From positions 19,406,001-19,470,000 of the forward strand of contig OZ024764.1 of assembly GCA_964016885.1 (NCBI GenBank): a DNA stretch of 64,000 nucleotides. The letters run 5' to 3'. Position numbers and translations under genes: made by a program. Positions 10,233-23,376 of this stretch are shown piece after piece. Under the pieces are notes generated by a model. That model was not told the DNA's origin. It saw only the letters and a list, made by a program, of their open reading frames with translations, and did not search any database. Position 1 is the first letter of the stretch; each line of letters opens with the position of its first letter. This DNA is from Eledone cirrhosa. Its lineage: Eukaryota.

Positions 10233-10625
10233 GAGTACCCTGGCAGAGATCACCGGGTATCTCGGGTCATATGGAGGCTAAGTTGCCAGAACAGCTAAGT
10301 ACCCTGACAGAGATCACCGTGTATCTCGGTAAGATCGGGTCATATGGAGGCTAAGCTACCAGAACAGCTAAGTACCATCACAAGAGTCATCGGGTATCTC
10401 GGTAAGATCTTGTTATAAGGAAGCTAAGCTACCAGAACAGCTAAGTACACTGACAGAGATCACCGGGTATCTCGGTAAAATCATGTCATGTGGAGGCTAA
10501 ACCGCCAGAACAGCTAAGTACACCGACAGAGATCACCGGGTATCTCAGTAAAATCTTGTCATAACGAGGCTAAACCACCCAAACAGCTAAGTACCCTCAC
10601 AAGAGTCATCGGGTACTTCGGTAAA
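10233..10625. repeat. 73-bp minisatellite, ~5.5 units
   Basis: CAGCTAAGTAC anchors at ~10297, 10370, 10443, 10516, 10589. Confidence 0.88.
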
Positions 10626-11167
10626 GCCAGCTGCCAACAGTGACCACAACTTCATTGTCAGCAGCCCAGCTTCTCAAACATCACAGACTGGAATAAATAC
10701 TTTGCCGATAATTACTGGTAGTTTAACTTTTATTTCGTTCGTCTACAGAAGCAATGACCCTCACTTTTACTACAGCTTGTAGGATGTGGGAGGGAGACAA
10801 AAACATCACTAACTGGGGTCTCACAAATGTGACAGTTAGTTTTGAAAATACATATACAAGATACAAGACAAATGACTAGACTGAAATATATTTGATAGGG
10901 AATAAAGAGTAGAATATTCTAGTCTGTGGTGTTGGAGAAGTTTGGAGGAGATAGGTCCCTGACAACGAGGTTCTTGTTATCGTTGGCAGCTCTCCTTACT
11001 GAGGTGTCAGGTGATACATATGAGGGTGTTTGGTAGTTCCAACATCTTAGCCTTGCTATCACTCGAGGTGAGACTGTCTCAGAAAGTATACATCCATATA
11101 TTGCGAGGAGAAAAATATTAAAACTGTGAATTATGTGAGAAACTGAGGTGATTGATATCTTTTATGA

Positions 11168-12220
<1,053 letters not shown>

Positions 12221-12266
12221 TAGTAAATCATTCAGTCAGGGTAATACCTTAACTACCCACAAACGT

Positions 12267-13272
12267 TAAATATATTTAAAGATGATACAAACTGTTTTGT
12301 AGATCTCTTCAAGTTTAATCATCATCATCATCATCATCTCATTTTACGTCCACTTTTCCCTGCTTGCAAGGGTGGGACGGGAACTGATTCTGGCTTGATT
12401 TCTACAGCTGGATGCCCTTCCTAACACCAACCTCATTTACAGTGAGTGCTGGGTGCTTTTTTGCCGTGGCACCTCCACGACCACTTTGCAGTGGAATGAT
12501 AGGGACCCCAATCCCTATCATCTCATTTCTACAGCTGAGTAAACTGGAGCAATGTGAAATAAAGTGCCTTGCTCAAGGAAACAACACATCACCCGGTCTG
12601 AGAATTGAACTCACAACCTTTTGATTGCAAGGCCAATGCTCTAACCACTAAGCCATGTGCCTCCATAAAAAAATATAATATACATATAAAATTATTTTGT
12701 ACATATTCCTGACAGTGAAGAATCTAATTTTTCTGGTCTTCATTTGATTAGTTATTCCTGTAATAATGGAAATATTTCTACTCCTGTAGTTCCATCAACT
12801 ATCATCTTTGTCAATATATGAAGATCTTACAAAATCATGTGTAATTGAGTTTACAAGAAATATTTCCCAGTATTTCTCGCATAGATTTATATAAACAAGG
12901 TTGTATCTGTTCTGTATAACAGCTTCCTTTAGTCTTTAAATAATGGTGTTGATGAAACAACTGATATAAAAGTGTTTTATCTTTTTCATACCAGTCTTTA
13001 TATTTATCTAAAAACTTTCCATTGTAAGTTCATGAAATTGTGCAAAGTTATGTTCCAAATAGCAGCTTAATACTGAGAAATTTAGTTATATTACTAAATC
13101 CCTTGAAAGTGTTGAGTGTTTTCAAAATTATTTGAAAATGATGGGTAGTGTCTTTCATTAGAAATGGTTAATGTTGAGGATATGTCTGATGTAACGTGCT
13201 CTTTAATGCCAATGTCCTCTGGTATTCTGAAATAATAAAAGAACATTATAAGATACTCAGAAACTTGTAATA
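12267..13272 (-). other. ZNF-gene 5'UTR exon portion and splice acceptor (paralog of ~28090-28793)
   Basis: Same-orientation match to 28090-28793; minus-strand TTCTTTTATTATTTCAG acceptor ending at 13227. Confidence 0.7.
12320..12664 (-). mobile_element. tRNA-derived SINE with RTE-type 3' tail
   Basis: Minus: A-box TGGCTTAGTGG, B-box GAGTTCAATTC, CCTTGAGCAAGGCAC core, tail matching RTE 3'UTR 17350-17503, (ATG)n end; absent from the paralogous site at ~28139. Confidence 0.8.
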
Positions 13273-13993
13273 ACTGTATTACCCTATGATGATACTATAA
13301 CATTATAAACCTAAAATTCTGTGATTGTGTCTTGTCTGTAATGTAATACAGCCAAAACGGGGCATAATGGGGAAATAGTTTGAAAGGAAGTTGACACTGA
13401 AATGGGAATACAGATGGGATAAAATAAGTTTCATGTAAATCAGAGCACAGGTTCCCGAGATATGGGGTTTTTCAGGTACCTTCATAAAGAGAGAGAGAGA
13501 GAGAGAGAGATAGTGTAAGAAAGCTGGTGGTGTTGTTGAACGAAAAATTTTAAAATTATAACAAGAGACTTGTGTGTGTGCGTCTGTGAGAGACACTCCC
13601 ATTATCATCATCATCATCATCATCAACGTTTAACGTCCGTGTTCCACGCTTGCATGGGTTTGGACGGGGGTATTCCCACTTGAGGCAAGAGTGATTGTCT
13701 TGCTCGCATAGGACTGTCTGGCGGGTTTTCTACAGTTGGATGCCCTTCCTAACACCAACCACATTTACAGTATGGAACTGGGAGGTTTTTACCGTGTTAC
13801 CTACACGGCCACATTACAGCGTGGACTGTGTGTTTTTTTGTCGTGACACCTACACGATCTCATTTGTTTCGGCCTGGATGGTGTGGCACCAACATAACTT
13901 TACATAGGAGGGGGTGGTGTGGATGGGGTGGGGGGGACGGGGGGTGTATTTTGTTAGAGATGCCTACTGGCTGTAGTAGGTTTTACTATGTAT

Positions 13994-16345
13994 TTAGGCA
14001 AGGCGGGTCTTCTCTATTACTGAGTACCGCCAAAGGTCTCGGTCCAGTGACATTGTCTTGGAGAGGTGTAAGTGTGTGAGGTCGGAGTTTATCAGCTCGT
14101 CCCAGGATTTTCTAGGTCTGCCTATTCCGTGGCTACCGTCTATCTTTATTGCCCTGCACTTTGTTATACAGCTATCGACTTTCATGCGCATCACGTGTCC
14201 ATACCAACGTAGCCTTCTCTCGAGTAAACAACATCTGATCCCTCTTATTTCTAATTTTTTCCTTAGTTCGTTTATGCTTTGCCGTTCACGTATATTACTA
14301 TTACACATCCAGCGGAGCATGCAAGCTTCGTTCCTCTCTAGTCTGCGTATATCCTCTGCACACAATGCCCAGGTCTCACTGCCATGCAACATTGCTGTTC
14401 GTATGCAGGCATCATACAACCTGCCTTTCATTTTTAGGGAGAACCCTTTAGCGGCTAATAGTGGTATAAGCTCTCTGAACTTTTTCCATCCAGTTCTGAC
14501 TCTAGCTACTGTACTTTCAGAGCATCCTCCCCCACTGCTGATTTTGTCACCCAGGTAACGGAAGCTGTCCACTATTTCTATAGAGCCCTCTGCGCAGTTG
14601 TAAGAGCTAGTATTTTGTGGGCACTCGCTGCTACTTATTGCACCAGAGCACCGCCCACATGTAAAATCTATGTTCTTAGTTAGCTTACCTGTGATCCCAC
14701 TACATCTTTTATGCACCCATACTTTGCATTTGGGACATAAAATGGAGTTTCTACCTACGCCTTTCCTACACACTGAGCATGGCCATTTCCCGGAAGGGAC
14801 CGCCGCCTTATTTTCTTTCCTACAAACTAGAACTTTAGTCTTAGCCAGGTTAATTTTAAGGCCTTTTGATTCTAGGCCGTGCTTCCATGTTTGGAATTTC
14901 TTCTCTAGCTCGGCCATTGATTCAGCTATGAGTGTCAGGTCGTCTGCGTATAGGAGTTCCCATGGGCAGCCGGTCTTGAACTCCTCTGTTATAGCCTGAA
15001 GGGCAATAATAAATAGTAGGGGGCTGAGAACAGAGCCCCGATGGACGCCAACTTTTACGCTAAACTCTTCACTATATTCGTTAATTCTAACCGTGCTGGC
15101 TGTTTCTTTATACGTAGCTTGTATAGCTCTCACAAGCCATTCGTCGACACCTAGTTTTCTAAGGGCCCACCAGATAATGGAACGGGGGACTCTGTCGAAG
15201 GCTTTCTCCAAGTCGACAAAAGCTAAGTAGAGGGGTTTACCTTTAGCTAGGTACTTCTCCTGTAGTTGACGTACAATGAAAAGAGCGTCTGTGGTACTTT
15301 TGCCTGACACAAACCCGAACTGCATTTCATCTAGGTCAATTCTCTCTCTGATTAGTTGCGCTATTACTTTTTCCGTGACCTTCATGACCTGGTCGATTAA
15401 TTTAATGCCTCTATAGTTACTCCTATCTAGGGCATCTCCTTTACCCTTATAACAGTTAATGATGATGCTGCTATGCCAGTCCTTCGGAACAACCCCATTC
15501 TGTACGACTTGGTTAACTATCCGGGTGACCATGGTGTGTCCCACCGTGCCAGATGCCTTCAGCATCTCAGCAACTATTTCCGAAGGCCCAGCCGCCTTAC
15601 CCGTCTTCATATCCTTGATTGCCTTACTTATTATACTACCCTCGACTAACACTGCTGGTCCCTCTATTGGGTCAATATGGGGGAGACTGTCTTTCTCCCA
15701 TTTATTCTCCTCATTTAGTAGCCTTTCATAGTGACACTTCCAAGCTACCTTCTTATCAGCGTCGGTGATGGCAAGTACGCCGTCATCATTAAGTACACAC
15801 TTCTCCCCGACAATATCACGGTTTTCCTTGACACATTGCCTAGCAATCCTGAACACCTCACGTTTTTGGTCCTCGCGTTGTAGAACATGCTTGAACTTTC
15901 TTTCCTCTGCTTCCCTTCTTGCAAAGTACACTTGTCTCCTAGCTTCCCTCCTGGCCACTTGATAGTCTTCTCTACTTCCCCCATCCCGCCATACTTTCCA
16001 AGCCTTTTTTTTGGCCTTAATTGACCCCTCCACCTTACTGTTCCACCACCATGTTACTCTCCTCCTGCCAACAGGCCTGCTCCAGCCACAGACTTCGTCT
16101 GTCGCCATCAGCAGGTTTGCTTTCAGAAATTCCCACTGTCCCTCTATATTGTCCAACTCTAAATGCTCTTCCTTACTGTCGAAAGCATCAAGTAATATGC
16201 TTTGAAATTTATTTCTGGCTGTGGGGTCCTTTAGCTTCCATATTTTTCTCCTGAGGATAGTCCTCTTCTGCTGTCGAGTACGTCTCGTCCTGACTATGAG
16301 GTCGCTAATTATCAGTCTATGTTGGGAGGTGCATTCTTCATGCAC
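13994..16345 (-). CDS. RTE reverse transcriptase (783-aa part after a frameshift)
   Basis: NYRGIKL, QFGF, FVDLEKAFDRV, GVHRGSVLSP (Q>R), LLYADD, FRYLG, RLRWYGHV, GRPRKSW. Confidence 0.9.
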   Translation of the reverse strand: MHEECTSQHRLIISDLIVRTRRTRQQKRTILRRKIWKLKDPTARNKFQSILLDAFDSKEEHLELDNIEGQWEFLKANLLMATDEVCGWSRPVGRRRVTWWWNSKVEGSIKAKKKAWKVWRDGGSREDYQVARREARRQVYFARREAEERKFKHVLQREDQKREVFRIARQCVKENRDIVGEKCVLNDDGVLAITDADKKVAWKCHYERLLNEENKWEKDSLPHIDPIEGPAVLVEGSIISKAIKDMKTGKAAGPSEIVAEMLKASGTVGHTMVTRIVNQVVQNGVVPKDWHSSIIINCYKGKGDALDRSNYRGIKLIDQVMKVTEKVIAQLIRERIDLDEMQFGFVSGKSTTDALFIVRQLQEKYLAKGKPLYLAFVDLEKAFDRVPRSIIWWALRKLGVDEWLVRAIQATYKETASTVRINEYSEEFSVKVGVHRGSVLSPLLFIIALQAITEEFKTGCPWELLYADDLTLIAESMAELEKKFQTWKHGLESKGLKINLAKTKVLVCRKENKAAVPSGKWPCSVCRKGVGRNSILCPKCKVWVHKRCSGITGKLTKNIDFTCGRCSGAISSSECPQNTSSYNCAEGSIEIVDSFRYLGDKISSGGGCSESTVARVRTGWKKFRELIPLLAAKGFSLKMKGRLYDACIRTAMLHGSETWALCAEDIRRLERNEACMLRWMCNSNIRERQSINELRKKLEIRGIRCCLLERRLRWYGHVMRMKVDSCITKCRAIKIDGSHGIGRPRKSWDELINSDLTHLHLSKTMSLDRDLWRYSVIEKTRLA

Positions 16346-17030
16346 AGGGGGAGGGATTTAGTGTTTACAACAGACACTCTGTCACGTCTTCTGGTAAGGA
16401 TATAATCTACCTGGCTTGTGTGTTCCCTGGATCTATAGGTGATCAGGTGATTGTCACGTTTTTTGAAGTTAGTGTTACAGATAGTTAGGTTATTTGAGTC
16501 ACAGAATTCCAGGATTCTGGAGCCTTCCTCATTTCTGGTACCAAACCCATAGCCTCCATGGACTTCGTCGTAGCCGTCACAATGTTGTCCAACGTGACCA
16601 TTTAGGTCGCCTGCAATAATTATATAGTCACTGTCGGTTATTTGGGAGGTAGTGAGCATCAGTGTCTCATAGAATCTGTCTTTTATAGTGCCGGGCAGAC
16701 CGGATTGGGGTGCGTACGCAGATATTACTGTCACTGTAGTTCTATTGAGGACAAGTCTTATTTTAATTATTCTGTCGTTCACTCTATTTACGTCTATTAT
16801 CTTATCTGCCCACTTTTCTGCTACCATGATTCCTACTCCACCCAGCCCATCGTCGTCGTTTCCCACCCACAAAAGCTTATAGCATCGTTCTTTACCCACG
16901 ATGAATCTAGCAGACCCACCCCTCCACCTGGTCTCTTGAATACAACAAACATCGACCTCCTTACGTTCAAGCATTTCTACAACCTCGTTAGTGCGACCCT
17001 TTAAGGTGCCTACATTTATGGTACCAACTC
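16312..17030 (-). CDS. RTE apurinic-endonuclease domain
   Basis: GTINV, CIQETRW, SAYAPQ, AGDLNGHVG, QVDYIL; QHRL lies in the next frame (frameshift at ~16350). Confidence 0.88.
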
Positions 17031-17154
17031 TGAATTTTGGATTGCGTTTGGAGGGCGGGGGCAGTGGGGGGCGGGGGGAGATGGGGTTATGTTAGCCGTC
17101 CGTGGTCGAAACAAAGAGGAGTGCTCGCATTCTCGTCCACGAGGTGAATTTGTC

Positions 17155-17185
<31 letters not shown>

Positions 17186-17187
<2 letters not shown>

Positions 17188-17615
17188 GATGAGGTGATAA
17201 AAGCCGACCTTACCCAACTACACCTCTCAAAGTCAATGACACACGACCGTGACTTCTGGCGTCACGCAGTAATACAGGGTACCCGACCTCCCATGGGTAC
17301 ATGCTGAAGCATATAAACAATATGCCCCCCCCCCCCCCCCCCCCCCCACCGCAAGGTGGTCGTGGAGGTGCCATGGCAAAAAAGCACCCAGCCCACACTG
17401 TAAAGTGGACGTGTAGGCGCCACGAAAAAGCACCCAGCACTCACTGTAAATGAGGTTGGTGTTAGGAAGGGCATCCAGCTGTAGAAATCAAGCCAGATCA
17501 GTTCCTGTATGAGCAAGGCATGGTCAGCCGACCAGACACTGCCCACAACAGGACAACCCGTCTAACCCATGCTAGCGTGGAAGAACGGACGTAAAATGAT
17601 GATGATGATGATGAT
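17186..17615 (+). mobile_element. 5'-truncated RTE LINE 3' end
   Basis: WDEVIKADLTQLHLSKSMTHDRDFWR matches the RT C-terminus; 3'UTR and (GAT)n tail; flanked by (TA)n. Confidence 0.85.
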
Positions 17616-18174
17616 ATATATACACACTTATATATATATATATATATATATATACATAAACATGGGCCTACCTACTAATTTCATTTTAGATTATAGACAT
17701 GTCTGTGTATATTTTAATTATTTAAAAATTATTTTTAAAGGAAACGTGACCAAACAGGTCACAGGTGTTCTAGTAAGATTATAAATACAAACACACAAAA
17801 GATAGAATCTACTCAAACGTTAATATCTCAGACCCCAGTAGATTACTGGAACTTTAATTTATCCACCCCGTTAGAATGAAAGACAAAGTTAACTTTGGTG
17901 GGATTTGAACTCATAACATAAAGGGTTGAAATCCCGCCGAGGTTAGCTTTGCCCTTCATCTTTACGAGGTTGATTTAAGATCTAATAATAGTTTCTGATT
18001 TAGACACAAGGTCGACTATGTTTGGGGGGAATAAGTTGATTAAATCAAACACAGTTACTGTGAGATCACTTCTTTGATAGTTTGTTTAAAAATAACTGAT
18101 TCACAATTTACGTATGAAAAGTTGACAAAGATTTACAAGTGGTGTTATCAATAAATAGGGCCTTCAAAGTAGCA

Positions 18175-18531
18175 GGAAACGACTAGATTTGTAGATAAAG
18201 AAGTGGGAGACAGGATTATCAGAGTTTAGAAGAGCTACACACTTCTCCAGTTGGCTGGGAAATAATTATCTTTCCTTATTATTTTTCTCGACCTCTTAGA
18301 TGTTTGCAATCGACTTTTCTTCCTGAAAACGGAAACCCTAACCCTAATACTGGGGAATAAAACGTCTATTGCAAGTATCTAAAGGGTTCAGAGAAAATAT
18401 TGAAAAGGGGTCTAGAAAAAAATCTAAGAAAAATAATTATTTCCCACCCAACGTGAGGTGTGAGTAGATCTGTGAAACTACATCTCTTCGTATACTTTCA
18501 CCCTACTTTTTCTACAAATCTAGTCGTTTCC
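18175..18531. mobile_element. MITE, copy C (followed by ~1.5 units of the 62-bp repeat)
   Basis: Same 21-bp TIRs as copy B. Confidence 0.78.
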
Positions 18532-19156
18532 GTGAGGGTACCTGGTTATTTCAGCCCCTTAGCCTCACCTTACCGAGGTGTCAGGTGATACCCGTGAGGG
18601 TACCTGGTTATTTCAACACCTTAGTAATGCTGCCAGTGTGTTGGCTTGCCTCAAAGTGTGTAGTTAACCCCTAAGGTGTGAGGTGTGGCCTATTATCACA
18701 CCTAGTGGTGAATTGCCATCTCCCACTGCGTTTTTCTTTCCTTTATCATTATTGTTCAATAAATTATATTATTATACACAGTTTAGACAATATATTTGTA
18801 ATGTCTTTCTAAAGGAATTGCCAGCAAGTTATAATGTTATTTACACACTTATGTTATTTATGTATATATTTAAAACATATTTTCAACGTTATTCTACTGT
18901 AAATTTATACAATTGTAATAAAATATATTAATTATATCATCACATAATATAAAAACGACCTTTAGAATATTTAAATATTTAGTTTTGTTAATTTATTTTT
19001 CAGCAACAACAAAAGTTTTCACTTTAATTAATTAGAGGTAGGTAAAATATAGATAATTACGATAACATTTTATATTTCCAGTAATGAAACAAACAAGAAA
19101 ATATATATTTGTGATGTGAAAAGTGAGCTTAAATCTACAATATTAATAGACATAAT

Positions 19157-19288
19157 ACTTACATTATAGTCTCAGGTGTTTAGTATTTACAGAAATGTTT
19201 TCTAAATGTTGTTGTTGGAAGACTAACACGTGGACAGGAAGTCGACATCTGCACCACTGCGCATGCTTCAAGGTTTTTTTGTGACGTA
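19157..19288. promoter_or_regulatory. Putative promoter plus minus-strand first exon, copy C
   Basis: CACGTG 19227, CAGGAAGT, TGCGCATGC, TGACGT 19282; minus donor GTAAGT 19162-19157. Confidence 0.6.
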
Positions 19289-19637
19289 AAATATTTTTAC
19301 CGAATTAAATTCTGTAAAGTTTGTAATAAAAAAATGAAGTTAAAAACAGTAAATGTAACTAAAATAGAGAAAGTAAGGTGTTGGTGATGAAGAATGGACG
19401 GTAGACGTTTTACCTCAGTCTAGGTAGTGTATTTTACCTGTGTCACTCGGACAATAGCCAGCGATGACCACTACACCAACCACTCTCTCCTTCAGGTGGT
19501 GTCCACTTTCGTGAGTCTGTAGAATAACAGGGCAGTTGGAAGACAGAGGACAGCAGAGGAGGTCTTGACTAGAAAAGAGTATCACTTGATACCACGATAT
19601 AACCTGTTGGTAGATATAGTAGGGTGCTGGATCAATC

Positions 19638-19820
19638 GAGTACCCTGGCAAAGATCAACGGGTATCTCGGTAAGATCGGGTAGTATGGAGACGAAGTTGC
19701 CAGAAGAACTAAGTACCCTGACAGAGATAACCGTGTATCTCGGTAATATCGGGTAATATGGAGGATAAGCTGCCAGGACAGCTAAGTACCCTCACAAGAG
19801 TCATCGGGTACTTCGGTAAA
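19638..19820. repeat. 73-bp minisatellite, ~2.5 units
   Basis: AAGTACC at 19711 and 19784; homologous to 10233-10625. Confidence 0.85.
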
Positions 19821-20782
19821 GCCAGCCGCCAACAGTGACAACAACTTCGTTGTCAGCAGCCCAGCTTCTCAAACATCACGGACTGGAATAAATACTTTAC
19901 CGATAATTACTGGTAGTTTAACTTTTATTTCGTTCGTCTATGGAAGCAGTGACCCTCACTTTTACTACAGCATGTAGGATGTGGGAGAGAGACAAAAACA
20001 TCACTAACTGGGGTCTCACAAATGTGACAGTTAGTTTTGAAAATACATATACAAGATACAAGACAAATGACTAGACTGAAATATATTTGATAGGGAATAA
20101 AGAGTAGAATATTCTAGTCTGGGGTGTTGGAGAAGTTTGGAGGAGATAGGTCCCTGACAACGAGGTTCTTGTTATCGTTGGCAGCTCTCCTTACTGAGGT
20201 GTCAGGTGATACATATGAGGGTGTTTGGTAGTTCCAACATCTTAGCCTTGCTATCACTCGAGGTAAGACTGTCTCAGAAAGTATTAGAGGGAGACTCCAG
20301 CACCCCATGTGATGTGAGACTGATTGACAGAGTGTTGACTTAATATTTTCATTTGTTGTGATTCTATGTGAAATATATCTCTATGTAAGTAACTTGGTTA
20401 CGTGAATCATTGTGACTCTCGTAAATACTTAAACAGAAATCTACTTAGGACACAAAATAAAGCAGAGTCCTTACATATGTTTTACAGTAGTGTACGTTTG
20501 TGTGTTTTCTCTCTCTCTATATATATATATAAATATATATATTTTTTTTACGATCGACTTTTCGTCAAATCGGACCGAGGAAACAATGTTTCCATTGGTC
20601 TTTCCAATTGCTACTACTATCTATCGGTCGCAACTCCAGAAGACTGCAAAAGACTGTCTCATACTTCTTTGAAAGATGTTTTCAAACAAACACGTGTACA
20701 AAATCCTATTGTGTTAAAAGTAATAATTACGTATGAAACAAATTATTCATTAAAGTAATTAGCAAATACGTTTTTATATATG

Positions 20783-20900
20783 GTGTCTTGCAAGGGGACC
20801 CACTCGCCTCACTCCTATTGGTGCTGACAGTTGACAACATGGTCTAGTTACAGCTGTCTGGTACGTAGATGACACAACCCTGGGTGGCTCGGCTGAGACA
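20783..20900 (+). mobile_element. Short non-LTR RT relic, CRE-like
   Basis: GVLQGDPLASLL and WYVDDTTLGGS resemble the QGDPL and WYLDDGTLGG motifs of CRE-clade RTs. Confidence 0.45.
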
Positions 20901-21340
20901 GGCTAAGGCCTCTCTAAACCCAAGTATATTACAGTCCTACATAACTGGGATGACATCAATTGTAGGTAGGTCTCTTCACACCGGTCACCATCAAGACCTC
21001 AGAAGTACTTAGACCCCGTACTGCCAAGCTCCTCTGTAAGATCAGTAGGTTGGTGGCCCTTCTGAAGAGGGAGTCCCATGAGGTTGGGGTGGCTGTAACT
21101 ATCCATCGTCCGGGGCAAATACTTTTGCAGTCTTATCCACAGGGCGCAGCACTTCTGCCCCCTTAACCTAGACCCAAAGCACAATTATTTGCTTTTTGCT
21201 GAATTGTGGGTAGTTTCGTATTTAGTTCTTTTGTGACTCTTCTTTGAAATGTCTTTGTGTCATGTGGTGACCTCCTGGTAGTTAATGTAGCAGAAGACAC
21301 TGAAGGACATGCTGCCCTCCCTAGTGTTAGTAACCTACAT

Positions 21341-23376
21341 CAGACACATCAAACATGCGGCCTTTTGCAAGCAAACCTGCAGCCCACACAAAGGTTTTTA
21401 CAGTGCCACCATGTTTCATTTTCGTAATATAAAATTTAAAACATTTTCGATACAATTATTTTTTTTGGTGCAATTTTTGTCAACTACTTTTAACTTCCAT
21501 TAATCACGTGCAGCTCATTAACAGAAAACTTTCTTTCAAAATTTCAAATGATTTTGTTTTTGAAATGGTTAGTGCTCCTCCAGCTAAGAGAAAAAGGAAA
21601 TTGAACGAAGAAGGGCAAGTGTTTCAAGAAAAGTGGTAATTACAGTATTTTTGCTCAACGCTGAACAGAAAGATACACTGTTTAATTTGCAACAACTACA
21701 TCTCCACGCCAAAAGAGTACAATTTAAAAAGACATTATGAAACAAACCCTCGATCTTACGATAAATATGAAGGCCCAATGTGTGTTTCAAGACTCAAGGA
21801 ATTGAAGGTTAACTTGACACAACAACAGACCTGTTTTATGTTAATTCAGGAAGAGAATGTCACTTCCGTTACTGCAAGCTATGAACTCAGTCAAATGATT
21901 GCCATGAGTGGGAAATCTTACAGTGAAGGAGATTTTGTAAAGCAATGTCTTGTAAAAACAGCTGAAATTGTCCAGAGAAAGCAGAGTTATTCAAAGACAT
22001 TTCATTAACCAGTAACACTGTTGCTGAACAGATTAATGAAATGTCAGGTGATCTGAAACAACAGTTAAAGGCTGTATCATCAAGGTTTGAACATGTTTCT
22101 ATTGCTATTGATGAGACTGTTGACATCACTGGAATAGTACAGATTGCATTCTTTATCAGGGCCTGTGACTGTGAATTTAATATTTATGAAGAACTGGTCC
22201 CCATGCATGACACTATAACAAGCCAGGACATCTTTGGGAAGGTCAAGCAGGGTCTGCATGGTTTTGATCTGAGTAAACTTGCATGTTTATCTACTGACAG
22301 TGCTGCGAATATGGTTGGTAGACATAATGGTGTTGCTGCCAAGTTACAAACAAAAATAGAAAACTCATATCTAGATTCATCATTTGCACATTTTCACTAT
22401 TATTCATCAACAAAATTTATGTTCAAAGATTTTAAAATTGCATCATGTGCTTAGCTTGGTCACAAAGACAGTGAACTAAATCAGAGACCGTGCTCTCAAC
22501 CACCGTCAGTTCAGCCAGTTGTTGGAAGATATGGATAATCAGTTCACCGATGTTCCATTCTACACAGAAGTCTGCTGGTTGACATATCACAAAGTGCTGA
22601 AAAGATGCTATTTGTTGAAATAATTATGTTTTTGGAGATGAAAGGTCAAAACACAGATGAGATAAAAGATGAAAGTTGGCGCCAACATCTGGCTTTTTTT
22701 GTGGATATTACTGCACAATTAACTGATCTTAATTTGAAATTACAAGGTAAAAACAAACCCATCACTCAGTTGTATGATGACATCAAGTTCTTCATTAGAA
22801 AACTTAGCTTATGGAAGTCTCCGTTGTCAGGTGAAAATTTAATTCATTTTCTTATGTGCAAAGAGCTGAAAACACTGCCCATACTGAGTCTGTACTTATC
22901 TTAACAAAAACTTCTCAGAGAACAAGGCTGACAGATCAACACTTGTCATTTCTGATTAAAGTTGGAACTGTACAGACATTTCAGCCAGATATACCAAAAA
23001 TCGTCAACAGAAAGAAGTATCAAGCCTCAGGACAAAACACTAAAAATGGTTGAATAGTAGCAAATAAATGTTCAGTTTTGAACTGTTGTTATTTGTGTAC
23101 AATGTATTTGTTGCTGTTACAATCTGCAAGTATATGTTGACATGTTAAATTTTAGTTTTTTGTCAAACTACTTCATTACTTTGTATTCATGAATGCTGCT
23201 AAAACATTTGTATGTACATTGTATGTTTCTAAATTTAAGTAACAAATCTTTCTGTATTAAATTTTATGAAATGACCTTAATTAGTTGTTGTGTACATAAT
23301 TAGTTGCAGTGTGCAACCCTCAGACAACACATGTGACCTATGTGGCCCTTGGGGAACCCTCAGTTTGTTATGCCTC
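21341..23376 (+). mobile_element. hAT (Charlie/SPIN-like) DNA transposon, degenerate transposase
   Basis: Perfect 8-bp TSD ACCTACAT (21333-21340 and 23377-23384); decayed TIRs; frames with FQEKW, KRHYE, SIAIDETVD, STDSAANMVG, LAFFVDI..LNLKLQG. Confidence 0.88.

Larger units (their letters stand above)
7435..11089. repeat. Segmental-duplication module, copy B
   Basis: Collinear with copies A and C; lacks ~360 bp (A 2685-3040; AGGT microhomology at ~8940) and carries a 700-bp insert at 8989-9688. Confidence 0.9.
13603..17155 (-). mobile_element. Near full-length RTE-clade LINE
   Basis: APE endonuclease plus RT, ~370-bp 3'UTR, (ATG)n tail at 13603-13626; inserted in the Helitron's microsatellite. 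Confidence 0.93.
13269..20284. repeat. Segmental-duplication module, copy C (interrupted by two RTE insertions)
   Basis: Matches copy A from its first bases and copy B up to GTCTCAGAAAGTAT; Helitron 3' hairpin GTGACC-AAACA-GGTCAC then CTAG at 17770-17773. Confidence 0.9.

Noticed and set aside
12590-12664. tRNA gene
   Set aside because: A and B boxes are present but there is no proper acceptor stem, and it continues into a SINE body and tail.
14058-17004. Plus-strand ORFs overlapping the LINE (and antisense ORFs in the LTR element)
   Set aside because: Shadow frames of the transposon coding strand with no recognisable motifs.
20960-21185. Possible CRE-type endonuclease C-terminus on minus
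   Set aside because: Only a weak LQRSLAV resemblance; cannot be supported without a profile search.
21565-23053. Domesticated GTF2IRD2/EPM2AIP1-like host gene
   Set aside because: Multiple stops, frameshifts and a deletion; bounded by TIR remnants and an 8-bp TSD.
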